Shown piece after piece: positions 22,601-35,900 of a DNA stretch of 64,000 bases (positions are counted from its first letter, which is position 1; the number at the start of each line of letters is the position of its first letter). The DNA is taken from the NCBI GenBank assembly GCA_043228905.1, contig JBHGNT010000022.1, positions 10,292,001 to 10,356,000 of the forward strand, given 5' to 3'. The notes below the pieces were generated by a model, which saw nothing but the letters and a program-made list of their open reading frames with translations, was not told the DNA's origin and did no database searches. Both the position numbers and the translations under genes were made by a program. The DNA is from Azolla caroliniana. Its lineage: Eukaryota; Plantae; Polypodiophyta.

Positions 22601-25600
22601 GTTTTGTTTCTCCAACAATGGAGGGTGTATGATAGTCGGCGTCGTAGGTCGAGAAAAGACAAGGGCAGAAGAGCGACTTCGGGCGTGTGGAGTTCTCGGG
22701 CCCAGCGAGGAAATCAACGGAGCCATGGAGGCGGTCTCCTTCGACGATACCTTGGGAATACTGCGAGAGGTGGTCGGAGAGGGCCTTAAAGAAGACCGGA
22801 CGATACCGGTTTGCTCAGAAGAGATGTATGGAGTCATCGCGGACTTCAGTCGGGGGCTCGAGTCGGATCGGACGGCCCGGGTTAACACAAAGTACAAGAC
22901 TGTGGACCGGAAGGTAAGGCCAGTCGCAGCACCCTTACCGGAGGGCAGCGAGTTGCGAATCGAAGGGGTCGCGTCGGACCCCAGTTTACGTGATCCGGCC
23001 TGCATAGGACACACCTTCACCGACAAAACGCTACGGGAGCTCAAAATCGGTGGGGGCGGGTTCCTACTGCCGGTGGAAGAAGACCGGTTTCGGAGAATGC
23101 ACGGAAGGCACGGGAAAGCCTTCGCATTCTCGCCGGAAGAAATCGGGTGCGTAGACCCGATGGTCGTGAAGCCGATGGTTATATTCACGGTACCGCATGT
23201 ACCATGGAATTTGAAGCCAATTTCGGTACCAAGAGCTCACATCCCGGAGCTGATGGAGCTATTGAGGCAGAAAGTCGATATGGGCATCCTCGAACCGTCG
23301 AGTGCCCCGTACTCGAACCGGTGGTTTACTGTACCGAAGAAGAACGGGACGTTGCGCTTCATTCAAGACCTGCAGCCGGTCAACCGAGTGACCATTCGGA
23401 ACGCAGGAATCGGACCAACGATAGACGAGTTCGCGGAAGCCTTCGCTGGAAGGTCGATCTACTCGGTCGGTGATCTATACTCGGGGTACAATCAGTTCCA
23501 ACTAGCCGTAGAGAGCAGAGACATTACGACGATGCGGACTCCTCTCGGCCTAGTGCGGATGTGCACCCTGCCGCAAGGAGGGACGAACTCAGTGGCCCAC
23601 ATGGTGAATGCGATGAACAAGGTGCTGAGGGATTGTATCCCGGACGTCACCATGCCATTCTTGGACGACATCCCGATCAAGGGATGTCCGGTGGAGGAAA
23701 GGGACGAAACGATCGGACCGGACGGATGCCAGAAATTCGTGACGACACACATTGACGACTGCGAGAGGGTGTTGTAGAGGCTAGAGGACGCGAGGCTCAC
23801 CTTCTCGGGGGAAAAATCGGCCTTCGGGCAATCAGAGATCATGGTCGTCGGACATCTATGCAGACCGTATGGCCAGAAACCGTCTCCAGCAAAGGTAGAA
23901 GCCATCTCCGCAATGAAGCCCGAATGTAACTCGGTCACAAAGGTACGGAGGTTCTTGGGAGCATGCGCGTTCTACCACATATGGATCCCGCATTATGCCC
24001 ACGTTGCCGAGCCGCTATATGGGTTGCTAAAAAAGGGGCGAAAATTCGAGTGGCGAGACGAGCATACGGAGTCGGTAGAAAGGTGAAGGAGGCTCTTGCT
24101 GCGGCTCCGGCACTCCGGAAGGTTGTCTACGAGAAAGGCACCCCCATCTACATAACGGTAGATACAAGTCCGACCGGGATCGGATGGGTCGTCAACCAAG
24201 AAGATGCGGACGGTATTCGGTTCCCGATCCGGTTCGGCGCGAAGGTCCTCAGCGAGCGACAGCGAGGTTACGCCCAGGTTAAACGCGAACTCTGGGGTAT
24301 CGTTTCGGCGGTAAAGGCCGATAAAGACTATCTGATCGGGACAGAGGTAATTATCGAGACGGACTGCCTGCCGATCCTCAGCATGGTTCCCGGATGCGCA
24401 ACCCCGGACCTGGCAATGCTCAGGTAGATAGCGTACATCAAGTCCCTGGATCCGGAAATACGACACATTTCCGGGAAAGACAATGCCATGGCTGACATGC
24501 TTTCGAGGGCGAGATTCAACGACGAGGGCGGCATGGTTTCGGAGGACGAGGAAGTCAGCGTAGACTTCTTCGAGGCGGCTTACGTAACAACCGAGGGGGG
24601 AAGCACTCCGGTGCTCAACGATTTCAACGAGAGCAAGTACGACGGGGAGTGGCTGCAGATTGGGGGATTCTTAAGGACAATGATGCCAGACGCATCGTGG
24701 ACAAGGGACGAGGCCAACCGGATCCGGAAGAAAGCGTACCGGTTCTTTCTCTGGGACGGATACTTGTGGAAGCACCCAAAGAAGAGGGACGGCATCCCGC
24801 TCCGAGTAGTGGCGATGAAGGAGGAACAGGAGGAATTGCTGAAAGCCTACCACGACAGCCCCTGGGCTGGGCACCGTGGGACGTGGGCCACATTTGAGAA
24901 ACTAAAGGGGAAGTACTGGTGGCCGGGACTGTACCGGGACGTGCATCGGTTCGTGACAACTTGTGAGAGCTGTCAGATGCACTCCATAGTCAGACATCGG
25001 GACGAGCTTCACCCCACTTACCCTCCGGCCATCCACTTCAAATGGATGGTAGATTTGGTGACGATGCCGATGGGCATAGGGCAGATGCGATATCTGGTGC
25101 TGGCCCGGGAGGACCTGACGAATCAGGTGGAAGGCCGAGCCCTGCAGAACAAAACGACCGCGGCCGTGTGTCGGTTCCTGATCGAGGACGTGATATGCCG
25201 GTACGGGTGCGTCGGAAAGATCGTGGCTGACCGCGGGGAGTTGGACGCCGAAGAAGCCGAGGAGCTGTTCAACCGGTTAGGGGTCAAGCTCTCGCTCACC
25301 ACAGCGTACAATCCAGAGGCAAACGGGAAGGTAGAGCGCGGGCACGGGCCAATCGTCAAAGCGCTAGTCCGGGCATGCGGAGGCCAGGTCGGGAACTGGC
25401 CACGGCTGTTACCTTATGCCTTGTGAGCGGACCGGACAACGCACAGTTCGGTGACCGGGTTCATGCCGTCAGAGCTCATGTTCGGACAGAAGCCGATCAT
25501 GCCAATGGAACGGACGATCTCCTCCTGGGAGACAGTAGACTGGAGTGACGAAATGAGTCGGGAAGAACTTCTAGCGGCGCATATACGGCAGCTCGAGCGG

Positions 25601-26694
25601 AGGCCAGAGGACGTGGAACAAGCGGCGGAGAGACTTCGGACGGCGAGGATGAAGAACAAAGCCCGGTTCGACCGAACGCACCGGCTCAGACCGAAGAGAA
25701 TCGAGGAAGGCGACTGGGTGCTAGTCTACGACAGCAGCCTCGACAACCAGCACCGAGCAACACGGAAGTTTGCAAAGCGGTGGTTCGGGCCTTACGTGGT
25801 AACGGGCGCCAACGACAACGGGACGTATCACCTGGCGGAACTCGACGGTACGAGGATGGCGATACCAGTGGCGGGAAAGCGGATCAAAGCGTTCAAGAAG
25901 CGCCACGACGGCGAACCGGATCTAAGAGGCCTGGACAACAACTATGATCAGTCCGAGGCGGAGGACGAACAGATGGACAAGGAACCGGAACCCGGGCCGT
26001 TTTTCTCCAACCAGAACCCGATTTTGGCGCATACCGGTGGATGCGCGGTTAGGTGGGGGCGGATGTCGTGAAGAAAACCGTCCCTTGGCGCAATCGGTGG
26101 ATAGCGCACATGAACCGGCCCTTCACGGGTGCGCGCTCTTAGTGTATATAATAGAGAATTAGGTACAGAGAGAGATCCGGGGTAGTTAGATTCGGTAGGT
26201 AGGAAGTAAATGAGGGAGACAGCTCCCCTCTTGACGCTATAAAGGAGAGGGAGACGCAGGGGGGAAAGGGGCATTATTTTTTTGAGGAGGACGAAGTGTT
26301 GTCGGACTGGAATCGAACGCTTCTCCTCTGTCTGTTCTCTGTTGCTCTTCTCTACAGGTTTCGGGAGGCTCGTGCTGCTTCGAGGAACGCCCGTGTGCTT
26401 CCGGCAACACCTCCATCCTATCCTCGTTTCGTGCGCAGACGAACAGGCATCGGCATCTGTTCGCCGGCCTGTTCGGTCGTAGCCGCTCACGTGTTCTGTT
26501 GTGTACTTGTTATTCGTTAATATACAAACACTTGTCTCTCCCTGTCTCTGTGTCCATTCACGTCTTTGTGTTGACGGGCCACGCCCCTGTGTTTCTTTGC
26601 TCATACGTGACCGGGCGTCTCTCTCCTTCTCTTTCCCCTTCTATCACCTGCCCTTCGGTTCAAGACCCTGGTGGTCCCGCCTCGTTTCTCCACG
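19680..26694 (+). mobile_element. Full-length Ty3/gypsy non-chromovirus LTR retrotransposon, inactivated by stops
   Basis: LTRs at 19680-20331 and 26064-26694 (about 17 mismatches; the last ~21 bp of the 3' LTR are deleted). TSD CACGC. Order gag-PR-RT(FLDD)-RH-IN. PPT at 26051-26063. No chromodomain. Confidence 0.96.
20336..20352 (+). other. Primer-binding site complementary to the tRNA-Trp 3' end
   Basis: TGGTGAACCCGACGTGA is the reverse complement of TCACGTCGGGTTCACCA, which matches the plant tRNA-Trp 3' end as I recall it. Confidence 0.8.
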
Positions 26695-26909
26695 CACGCC
26701 GAACTTGAGTGGGAGACAGGAACAAGAACAAGAGCGTGAAAGGAGCGGTAGTAACCGCGATGCCCAATTCATCTCCTGTGTATTTTTTACCAAACTGTCG
26801 TACTTCCAAACCGTGTACTCAGTGTCTTACACATACGCTTCCGCACACGTATTCTTTTACAAAGTGGATCTATTGTATGTAAGTACAAATCAGCAAGTTG
26901 CTGATATTC

Positions 26910-27870
26910 TTATGACGGGCGAAGGTTGGCCCTTTTTCGGTCTTTCCAGTTCTGGCTCCTTCTGATCCTTCATCGTAGTACGACCGCTGCAGATTTTCGT
27001 GTTCGACTTTGCCATATCCGGACTTTTCCGAACCCGTACATTTCTTCCAACACTTGCTCTCCCGGTGGTCTTTCTTGCCACAGTACCAACATTCCATTTC
27101 GGCCTTTGCTTGTAGTTTCCGACGCCGATTTGACTCCCCCTGTTTCCGGAGGGTCCGGAATTGTTGTAGGCATTTCGATTATGCCTTCAGTTTTGTTCCT
27201 ATCGGGTTCCTCCATTGCGTGCTGACCTGCCTCGTCCACACGACCATGGGGTCTATCCTCCTTCGTGTACAACATCTTATTATTGGTGTATGTGCTCGTC
27301 AACGCACCTATATGGTTCTCTTCAACGAGAAGCATTGATTGCAACTCGAAGAATGACAACATACTCTCCCTCGTGCAGAACACCATCTGGAATGGTCCAA
27401 ACTTAGATGCCAACCCACCGAGATAGACCTGCACCATTTTTTCCTCCTCAACATACACGTTGATGGAGGTGAGAGAGTCGCAGATGTCTTTGGTCCGGGA
27501 GGTGTAATCATCCACCGACATGTCTCTTTGTCGGACGTTGCTCAGCTCCTGTCATAGTTGTAGCTTTCAGGCCGTGGTGCTTGCGGCGAATATTTTCTTC
27601 AGATTTCCCCAAGACTCCTTTGACGTCTTAGTGTCCCGGATGTAGCTCAGTAACTAATCACTAACATTGGATGTGAAGCAGTAGAGAACTCTACTTGCCG
27701 ACTGTTCCCAAGCCGGAAAATCCTTGTGTGTCGAATCCGGTGCTACATCATTTACTCCTTCGACATAACTCCAATACCCATGCCCTAGCAGATACTGGTG
27801 CATCTTGTATGAACAAGATGCTTAGTTTCTCCTATCGAGCTTCTCCGTTGGAAGCGAGCTTCCCATATCT
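26910..27870 (-). mobile_element. Copia gag fragment
   Basis: CWYCGKKDHRESKC and ELQSMLLVEENH. Similar to the gag at 2571-3670. Confidence 0.85.
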
Positions 27871-27899
27871 CAGTTCATTTCTCTACTTGTTTGTTCTTA

Positions 27900-28522
27900 C
27901 CTGTTGAGATACAAGCTCAACGTTGGGTGCGTAAACGGGCGCGTAACCTAGTGCGTAGACTGGGTGTGTAAAACCATACGCACAAAGGCCGTAACGGTGA
28001 GTAAAACGAGAGGCCGTTAGAGCGTTATTCCTCGTAAGGAATAATTTTGGGAGTTAGTGTAGGAAGCTCATTAATGAGCATTGAAGTACGTGTCAGTACT
28101 TTGATAGTACTTTTGTCTGTCCGTAAGGACTTGTATAAAAAGCGGTGATTGAGTGCATCTTGTATAGAGTGACAGAGAGTTATTTTTGAATCTAAGTTCT
28201 TGTGTTCTGCTCACACACACTCTCTCTCTCTCTCATTCTCTCTCTCTCCTGCATATGTTGTGTTGTGTTCAAGCTCTCCATTAAACCTTCTCTTTCTGTT
28301 ACACGGTTGTGTCTGTTACACTTCCGCATACACTATTCTTTTACATTACTGGGTGTTAGGTCTTGGTAACTTTGTGTTCTTGAGCTCTTGTCAGCAGCAA
28401 AGGATGTTCAACCCTCACACTCCAATACCATGTAAAGATGAATATGCGAAAGTTAAACAAACCTCAACCAGCTCGGCAAGATAGCAACAGAAAGCACAAA
28501 GAATGGAATACACAGAGTAGGT

Positions 28523-28560
<38 letters not shown>

Positions 28561-28820
28561 ACGAGCAAGGCAAAATATCTCTATATCAAAATACTCTAAA
28601 AACTCTATACATATAATGTGCTCTGTGAGCATTTTTATACAAGTCCTTCAAGGACTGACAAGTACTTCAATGCTCGACACTAACTCCTAAGAATATGCCT
28701 ACATACTAGGCTAGGATTGTAGACCTCTAACGGCCTACCGGTTACACTCAAATTTGGACACCGATCCGGCTCTTGTCTTATTCAGCCAATATGGATCATG
28801 TTGAGCTTGATCGCTCAACA
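27900..28820. mobile_element. LTR-like remnants in both orientations
   Basis: CT/GA tracts and TATA-like motifs. The terminus ...CATGTTGAGCTTGATCGCTCAACA resembles the LTR end at 4275-4298. Confidence 0.55.
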
Positions 28821-29220
28821 AATATGAATATCAATTCAGAGTTCTTGTCATTCCATCATGAAAGGTTTCATAATTTATAGGATCATAGGGTCAATTTACA
28901 ATATCACAAATCCATAATGATTTGGAATTTAATTTAACTTTAATCTAATGCTTATAAGTGAGATCATATTTCCTGCATATTTTGTATATCTGTTAGCCAT
29001 AGAAGAGTACTTGAAGCTACAAATGTTGCACAAAGCTTTAGTTTTGAAGACGTTTGAATTGCGACCAACAATTTCAAAAAAATCCTTGGTAAAGGTGGTT
29101 TTGGCATTGTATATAAGGGCATTTTGGAAAATGGAGTGGTTGTATCAGTTAAAGTTTTATCCACTGCATCACACCAAGGAGTAGAAGAATTTCTTAATGA
29201 GGTATTTGCAAAAATGAATT
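28821..29220 (+). pseudogene. Third fragment of the receptor kinase (intron 8 end plus the GxGxxG exon)
   Basis: Aligns with 38898-39297. [12 protein letters not shown]...EFLNE is present. Confidence 0.9.
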
Positions 29221-30172
29221 GAGGTGCGGTTTCATCATATATGAGAGCTCGTAATGGAGAAGAAGCTTGAAGTCCAGAAGATCGACACCGAGGCGAATAT
29301 CACTGATTGCCTGAGAAGCTACTCCTAGATCAACGCTTCAGAACACTGAGGACAATGGTGCAACTACAACAAGCGATTGAGTAGAAAGAAGCTAAATGAA
29401 CGACAACAAAAGGGAAGATGAAGACCGACCCGGTTGGGCAAACCAAGAAGGCAAAATCCAAAGACTCAGAATACGGATGAAGATGCAACATTGAGCAAGG
29501 ATGTTGACTAGAGAGAAAACGATCGACATACAAGCAAATCCAAAGACACACCGAAGATCCAGTGAGGAGCTCGGGAGCTAGCACAAGCGGGAAGCAGATC
29601 GAGTAAAGACCAAGAGTCGGAATCACATGAGTCCATTTGAGCAAACGAGTCAACGCGGAGGTAAATTGATCTGAACAAGTCAATCAAACTGACTCAGACA
29701 TGCCGACCCAGACAACATACAATCCAAAAGATCAGTCAAATTAGGCTAGACACCGACCTTACCTTTGTTGGTTCGACCGAGTGCCGATAGTCTTGTGTGT
29801 ATACTTGTAACTATAGATTAGATTTGTAATCTAGGTTCACGGGGGAGATAACCCCAATTATTTATATACATAGGAAACAGTAGACCTTTTACAGGGGAGT
29901 TTGTTAGCATAAATGGCCAACTCCTTCCATTTTTTATCGTTCGTGTGAACACATTCTCTAGTTAGGGCTTGAGTACATAAGCTCAAAGCTAACATTGTAA
30001 AGGTCTTGGAGTGAAAAGAGTTACAGATAAGAGCATAAGAGAGAACTTCCATTGAAGCTTAACCTGTGCCTATCTTCTACCTTCCTTCTCTTTGTTGCAT
30101 ATCTGTGTTGTTTATTGTACACATCTTACCTTGCAGGTCCTTATCATATTCTTCATCTAACATATTACAACA
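29221..30172 (+). mobile_element. Copia RNase H tail, spacer and LTR-like segment (29766-30172)
   Basis: EVRFHHI*ELVMEKKLEVQKIDTEANITDCL. The LTR-like segment has TGTTG...CAACA ends but no matching TSD. Confidence 0.65.
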
Positions 30173-31240
30173 TGTAATAAAAATACGTCATACTTTCAAT
30201 TGGATCATTTAATCTTGGTCCTTAGAATATGGTTTTAGAACCACTTTGCACAACTGTCTTAGGGCATGGTAAAGAGTATCATGTGCAACTAACAAGTAGA
30301 AAGAGCGCTATTATCTAATATAAAATCATCTTAGTAAATACTAGCTCAAAGAAAACATCTCTGGTTACTATGATATGAAATAACATTTGTTTGATATGAG
30401 AATTTAATAGTCCCAAGGATAATCTCTTGAGTTCTACAAATTGATAACGATTATGCAATAATCCTAGGTGTGAATACAAGGGCATACCATGTCATGTATA
30501 AGCAATATATGTACATATCATTTACATTGTTATTATTTAGGCTACCTAAAAAATGTCAACTTGATCACTTTGTGGCAACCCACCTTCAATTGGATGGATT
30601 TTTGGCATTATGATCCATTTGGATATTTAGTCAACAACCTATTATTGACTTTCATTTCTTCGAATTCTCTTTGAGATAATGTCTTTATGGTTGTATGGAG
30701 ACTGAGCCTCCTTATCGTTTATCCAAAGTTGCGTTACATGGGCATTCTCAAATATTCCCATTCTCCAAGGAATTTATAGAGGCATCATGAAGCAAGTGTC
30801 ATATTAATAAATTGTATGTTTTGAACTCTTTTTCCTTCACTTGCAAGTTGCATCTATATCTTACGATCTATATAATTGCTAGAATGTTTGCTAGTATTTT
30901 TGGCGCCCATGTATGAATATCGAAGTTCATGGCTTTGCAATTTAATGATATTCTGAAAATTTGAGCAGTCCTATGGAAGTGCCAAAACTTTTAAGCATTA
31001 CTCTTGGCGTAAAGGAGTACATTCACTGTCATTGCATTAATAACATAACACAATGTCATTGCCAAAAAATTAAATCACTTCTTCTTTTGTAAACCATCAT
31101 TGCAAATCTCAATTTAACTATTAAGCGTCACATTTATTTCTACTGGAACTTGGTATGGAAATATAGGAGAGACAAAGCAAGAAGTATGTATATTATATAA
31201 AAGTTTGCTAACAAGGGATGTATATTTGATATAAATAAAA

Positions 31241-31484
31241 GGGAAAAGTACCAGGATACCCCTGGAAGTTCGTATATTTACCAGAATGCCCCTGGAAGTT
31301 CCAAATTTACCAAACTACCCCTATGTCCAAAAATTTACACTTTATAAAGTAATTATACACTCAAATCTTTGCTAAATAGGGCTTGTAGATTTGAGTGTAT
31401 AATTACTTTATAAAGTGTAAATTTTTGGACATAGGGGTAGTTTGGTAAATTTGGAACTTCCAGGGATATCCTGGTACTTTTCCC
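31241..31484. mobile_element. Mutator-type foldback MITE
   Basis: Near-perfect palindrome GGGAAAAGTACCAGGATA...TATCCTGGTACTTTTCCC. 9-bp TSD TAAATAAAA on both sides. Confidence 0.92.
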
Positions 31485-32958
31485 TAAATAAAACATTAAA
31501 GTTACTAGTGCAATTAATTGTTTTTGTGTTTCTTTACAGTTATACTATGGGAGACAATGATGGGTAAAATAAGCAATGTCAATTATATACAACAACTTGA
31601 GATGCTACGATTATTATAAACAATATCATTTTATGAGTTTCATACTCCTTGTCTATCAACTATGTATAGCAGCAAATCAGTGTAAACAAATGTAAACATC
31701 CTCGTATTTTATATCAATGTATAAAGAAAGTTGTAACCTTCTTGGTTGCTAGGTTCAAGTTGTAGCCTTCGAGCGTTTTGTTCTTAATACTATTGAAGAA
31801 AATCTTTAAAAAAAAAAAACTATAGCAGCAAATCAATTGAGTTCTGGTAGAATTAGAAACAAGCTTGTAGTGTTTATGTACCATCTAAAATCTACACATG
31901 TGCTTATACATAAGGGCTTCGAAATAGGTGTGCTGCTAAATTACATTACCAAGACTATTAAATTTAAAATTAATTGGGTACTAATATATTTTAGACTTTG
32001 ACCTAGAACAATATTTCTTGTTATAAACAAAAGGGGTCAACCTAGGATTTGTACCATGCATTTTGCAAGATGTACTCCAAATGTAGGCATTATTTGTGGG
32101 GGGCTAAATCAAAGAGTATTTCATGTGTTGCATAAAGGCACTTTTGACCTTCATATACCATTTGGTAAGTTTGACAATATCAAGGCACATATAAACCACA
32201 ATTGTAAAGCTCTATTCTCTATGACATAGTTTGCCTTTGAACTTGGAGGTCATGTGTAATGTGATCGATTTTATAGTTTTACATAACATTTCACATTGCT
32301 TTACATAAATTAGACACACATAATATATGCACCCACCCAATCTATAACTCATCATAAATTTGCATAATAGAAATCATCATGCAAAATGAGGGTTAGATGT
32401 AGGAAGACAATATGGCTTTGAGTTAGTAATTCCTAGCAAAATGTAGTTATTATCACATGATGCTTACATTCGCAGTCAACAGTGAATGAAATTTTTTGTA
32501 CACATAAAACTTGATGTTTTGAGAGCATTGTGGTAACGATGCCACATTTCTTGAGGTCCTAAGTGTACGTATATTATTTAACACATATTTACAAAGAGTC
32601 AAATGCTACTGTTAGAGGTATGACAAGTATTCAATATGCGCGATACCACCGAAAAAGTGGCATTTACGGTTATGAACATTCAAAGGAGAAATTCGGGCAA
32701 GAAAACATGGATGGTTCTTGAGCTACACTAAGGGAATTGCTACACTCAAGAGCAAGTTCTTCTTTTTTGTCGCTACACTGTGATGACAATAACAAATATT
32801 TTTCCAAGAGATGTGCGAGCAACATTTCTTTACGAAACTTGTTCACAAAATGATTGCACAAAGTCAATGCGGAACTAAACAAAAGAAAATCAAACACTCT
32901 TTTATGGTTGTCATATATACTAATACTCTTGAGTCTTAAGACTCTGATTTTTGTCCTC

Positions 32959-35900
32959 ATGGCTCCATACTCTCCCCTAATCCTCGTCCTTCTCATTGTC
33001 TCTAGCTTCACCGCTTGGCTCGCATCCGCACAATCCCCTCCCGGATTCCTCAGCATCGATGTCGGATCCGCGGAGACTGCTAATTACACTGACCCAACAA
33101 CCGGGATCGTATGGACCCCGGACACCATCCTATGGCCACAACTTGCGGATTGGTCGACCACCTCCACCCTCGGTCCCCCGTCGGCCGATTTCGCCGATCA
33201 GAAACAATACCAGTCATTCCGATACTTCAAACCCCCTCCGGCATTAGCCGGATCCCCTAGCCCTTCCAAGCTCTGCTACTCCCTCCCTGCCCAAGCCAAC
33301 AAGTACTACTTGATCCGTGTTTTCTTGTGGTGCGGCACGAACCTCGCATCGGCCTCGACGCGTGTCCCTGGGGTCCTCAGTTTCCATATCATCATTGACA
33401 GCTACGTCGGGCCGCAGATCGATGTCTCGCTCCCGCAAAGGACTGCGTCCGTGGAGGAGTTCTACGTGCAAGCTCTCAATGGGAGCACCTCGGTGAATCT
33501 GTGCTTCTCGGCGGAGTCCGATGTGAGCGATGCCCCATTTGTGAATAGCATCGAATTGCGGCCTCTAGTCGACAAATTGAACGCCATCAAGGTCTTGAAC
33601 AGCTCTAACAGCGCCCTACGGGCCATGTCCCGATACGACTTGGGTGCCGCGGATAACAGCCCGCCGATTATCAGGTAAATAAACAAGGCATTGCATACAA
33701 AAGCTAAAGAACAAAGCACAAGCTGTAGTTGTGAAAGAAGTTATGTCACCTACTCTATCCGCATGATACATGTCATACATATTGTTGGTTGGGCAATACA
33801 CATTACACACATCTCAAAGGAGCTTATGGTCATGCGAACCCAAACTTGTGCATGGTTGTTTCTGTGTAGTTAGTGTTCCCTAGACACAAATATGTCTTGT
33901 GAATGCTATTGCATCGCCACACTTGAAACTATTTATTAGCTAGTTCCGTCTTGAGGATTAGTGTCGATACCATGGCATAATTGCAACCGCTCATATTCTA
34001 AAAACTTTGCATAGTTGTACAAGAAGTGGAAACTTTAGTATTCTCCTTTACTCTTTGCTAGGAAGTTGCAATATAAAATAACTAATCAAAATTAGGGGGC
34101 AGAAATCTGAAAAACATGTAGTAAGAGTTTAGTAATTTGTCAACATAAACAAATTTAGAAAATCCCTCATGTAAAAGTAGATAGGGTGATTTTTTCTCTC
34201 GATAAGGTAAGATAATTGTTTAATCTCTCTCGGCGGCTTTTAAGATATTTCAAATTCATTGTTAGAAATTTCAAAAATAAGAGTTTTCTAGGTACCATGG
34301 ATAATATCATAGAACTACAAACCTCCATTTGAAGAGTTATCAATGTTATATAGAGCTTTAACATTATAAAAGTGAATAATCTAGTGATTTCAACATCGAC
34401 AAATCATCTAGAGTGGGAGAGGCGATAAAAAGAAGCCCTAGAAAATAGTTCACACAATTGTTTCGTGCAAAGATGGGTTTAAAATTTTAAGGATATTACA
34501 CCCTCATTGCACCAACTATAGCCACCAATTTGCTTATGCCTTTTTTACCATTTTTGTCTCTCTTGACAAATGAGAAAGATGCTTCACAAGACACTCGGGA
34601 TATATACTTGTTTTGGATGTATTGTTAGAGTCAAAAGAAAGCAATGTTTTATGAAAATTACATTTTTTGGTACGCATAATATTTTGACATTGTTTTTGTT
34701 GTGGACATCACAATTTAAAAAGGTTTTGTACCATGCACAAAGGCATTGTCAATAAATGTATTAGAATATGATTGTTTTGTGTACTTAAGTAGGCCTTTCT
34801 CTAGCTGGACATGTTGAATTACCTCTCACTTCATAGTAAAAGATCCTCTACACCAGTCCAAAAATTTGCCTTTTTTAAGACAAATATAGCGCAAAACACT
34901 ACCCTCACTAGATTCACTCGATTATGTCAAAGTATTAAAACATTTGTTTGGTAAAGTTTGTGTGCATTAATGTTCACACACAACAAAACATGGGCTTCCA
35001 AGTTCCAGTGTGGAGAGTCAATTCACTTTATATGAAGATTTTTCTCAATTAGCCTCCAAATGGATAAGAAATTAACAAGTCTTTTGATATATTTTTGGAT
35101 AGGCAACATTTGACAAAATGTTAAAGCCTATATTTTGAAACGACTAGTGTAATGAAAAAATATGGATCAACATATGATGATCATATGGAATATGCAAGTT
35201 TGATGAAGAATTCTTTGCTCAATGTTCCATTTGTCTCTTGAAACAAGTTACAACAAGATTGTTTTGGCATTGTGTGTCAATGCAAGGCCCCTTTCCATGA
35301 TAAGACATACCAATAGCCCAACAAAGTCACATCATTAAGTAGTGCATCATAGACCCAAAGATTAGATCTAGAACTTAGATAATTATCAAATATGCATGAA
35401 TTGGTCAAATAACATATTTTGAGTTATAAAATAACAAAAGAGATAAGACTTGATCATTTCTCTCCATACACATTAATAGTGTGACAGCACTATATATTTT
35501 ATATAATGATATTATTGGATACATGCATATTATTATACAATTCTTTAGAGTTCATTGAGATTGTTAAAAAGTCAACTTAGGACGTTATTGATTTTATTGT
35601 AAACGATTGACCAACAAATTCAAGTCCAACTGCATCACAAAACATTTTGTTGTAAACTTTTGTCTCCTTTGCGTAGGAAGAAAAGTATATTAAGAAGTCA
35701 TATTGTGAATATGTTTAGGCGATAATTTTCACAAACAACTTGATCACGTTTTTTGGTGCAACAAGAAAAAATATGGTGATACAAATGCACTCGTTATGCA
35801 TATTATTTATTTATTCATATATTACCCCATATTATTGCTTGTGGCCGACAAGAAATTCAAGCGAAAACCAACAAAACAAATATTTTCAAGCAAGGATACT

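Larger units (their letters stand above)
14540..26765 (+). mobile_element. Old host copia pol 3' fragment split by three insertions (pieces 14540-14758, 18907-18931, 19636-19679, 26695-26765)
   Basis: Removing the inserts restores the frame YCDNLSSIHLVKNPVFHAQTKHIEVHYH...FTKPLGLDKLRHFSVELRLRHLDTPNLSGRQEQE. Confidence 0.85.

Noticed and set aside
19898-26604. Many overlapping antisense and alternative-frame ORFs
   Set aside because: Expected shadow ORFs of a GC-rich retrotransposon, with no recognisable motifs.
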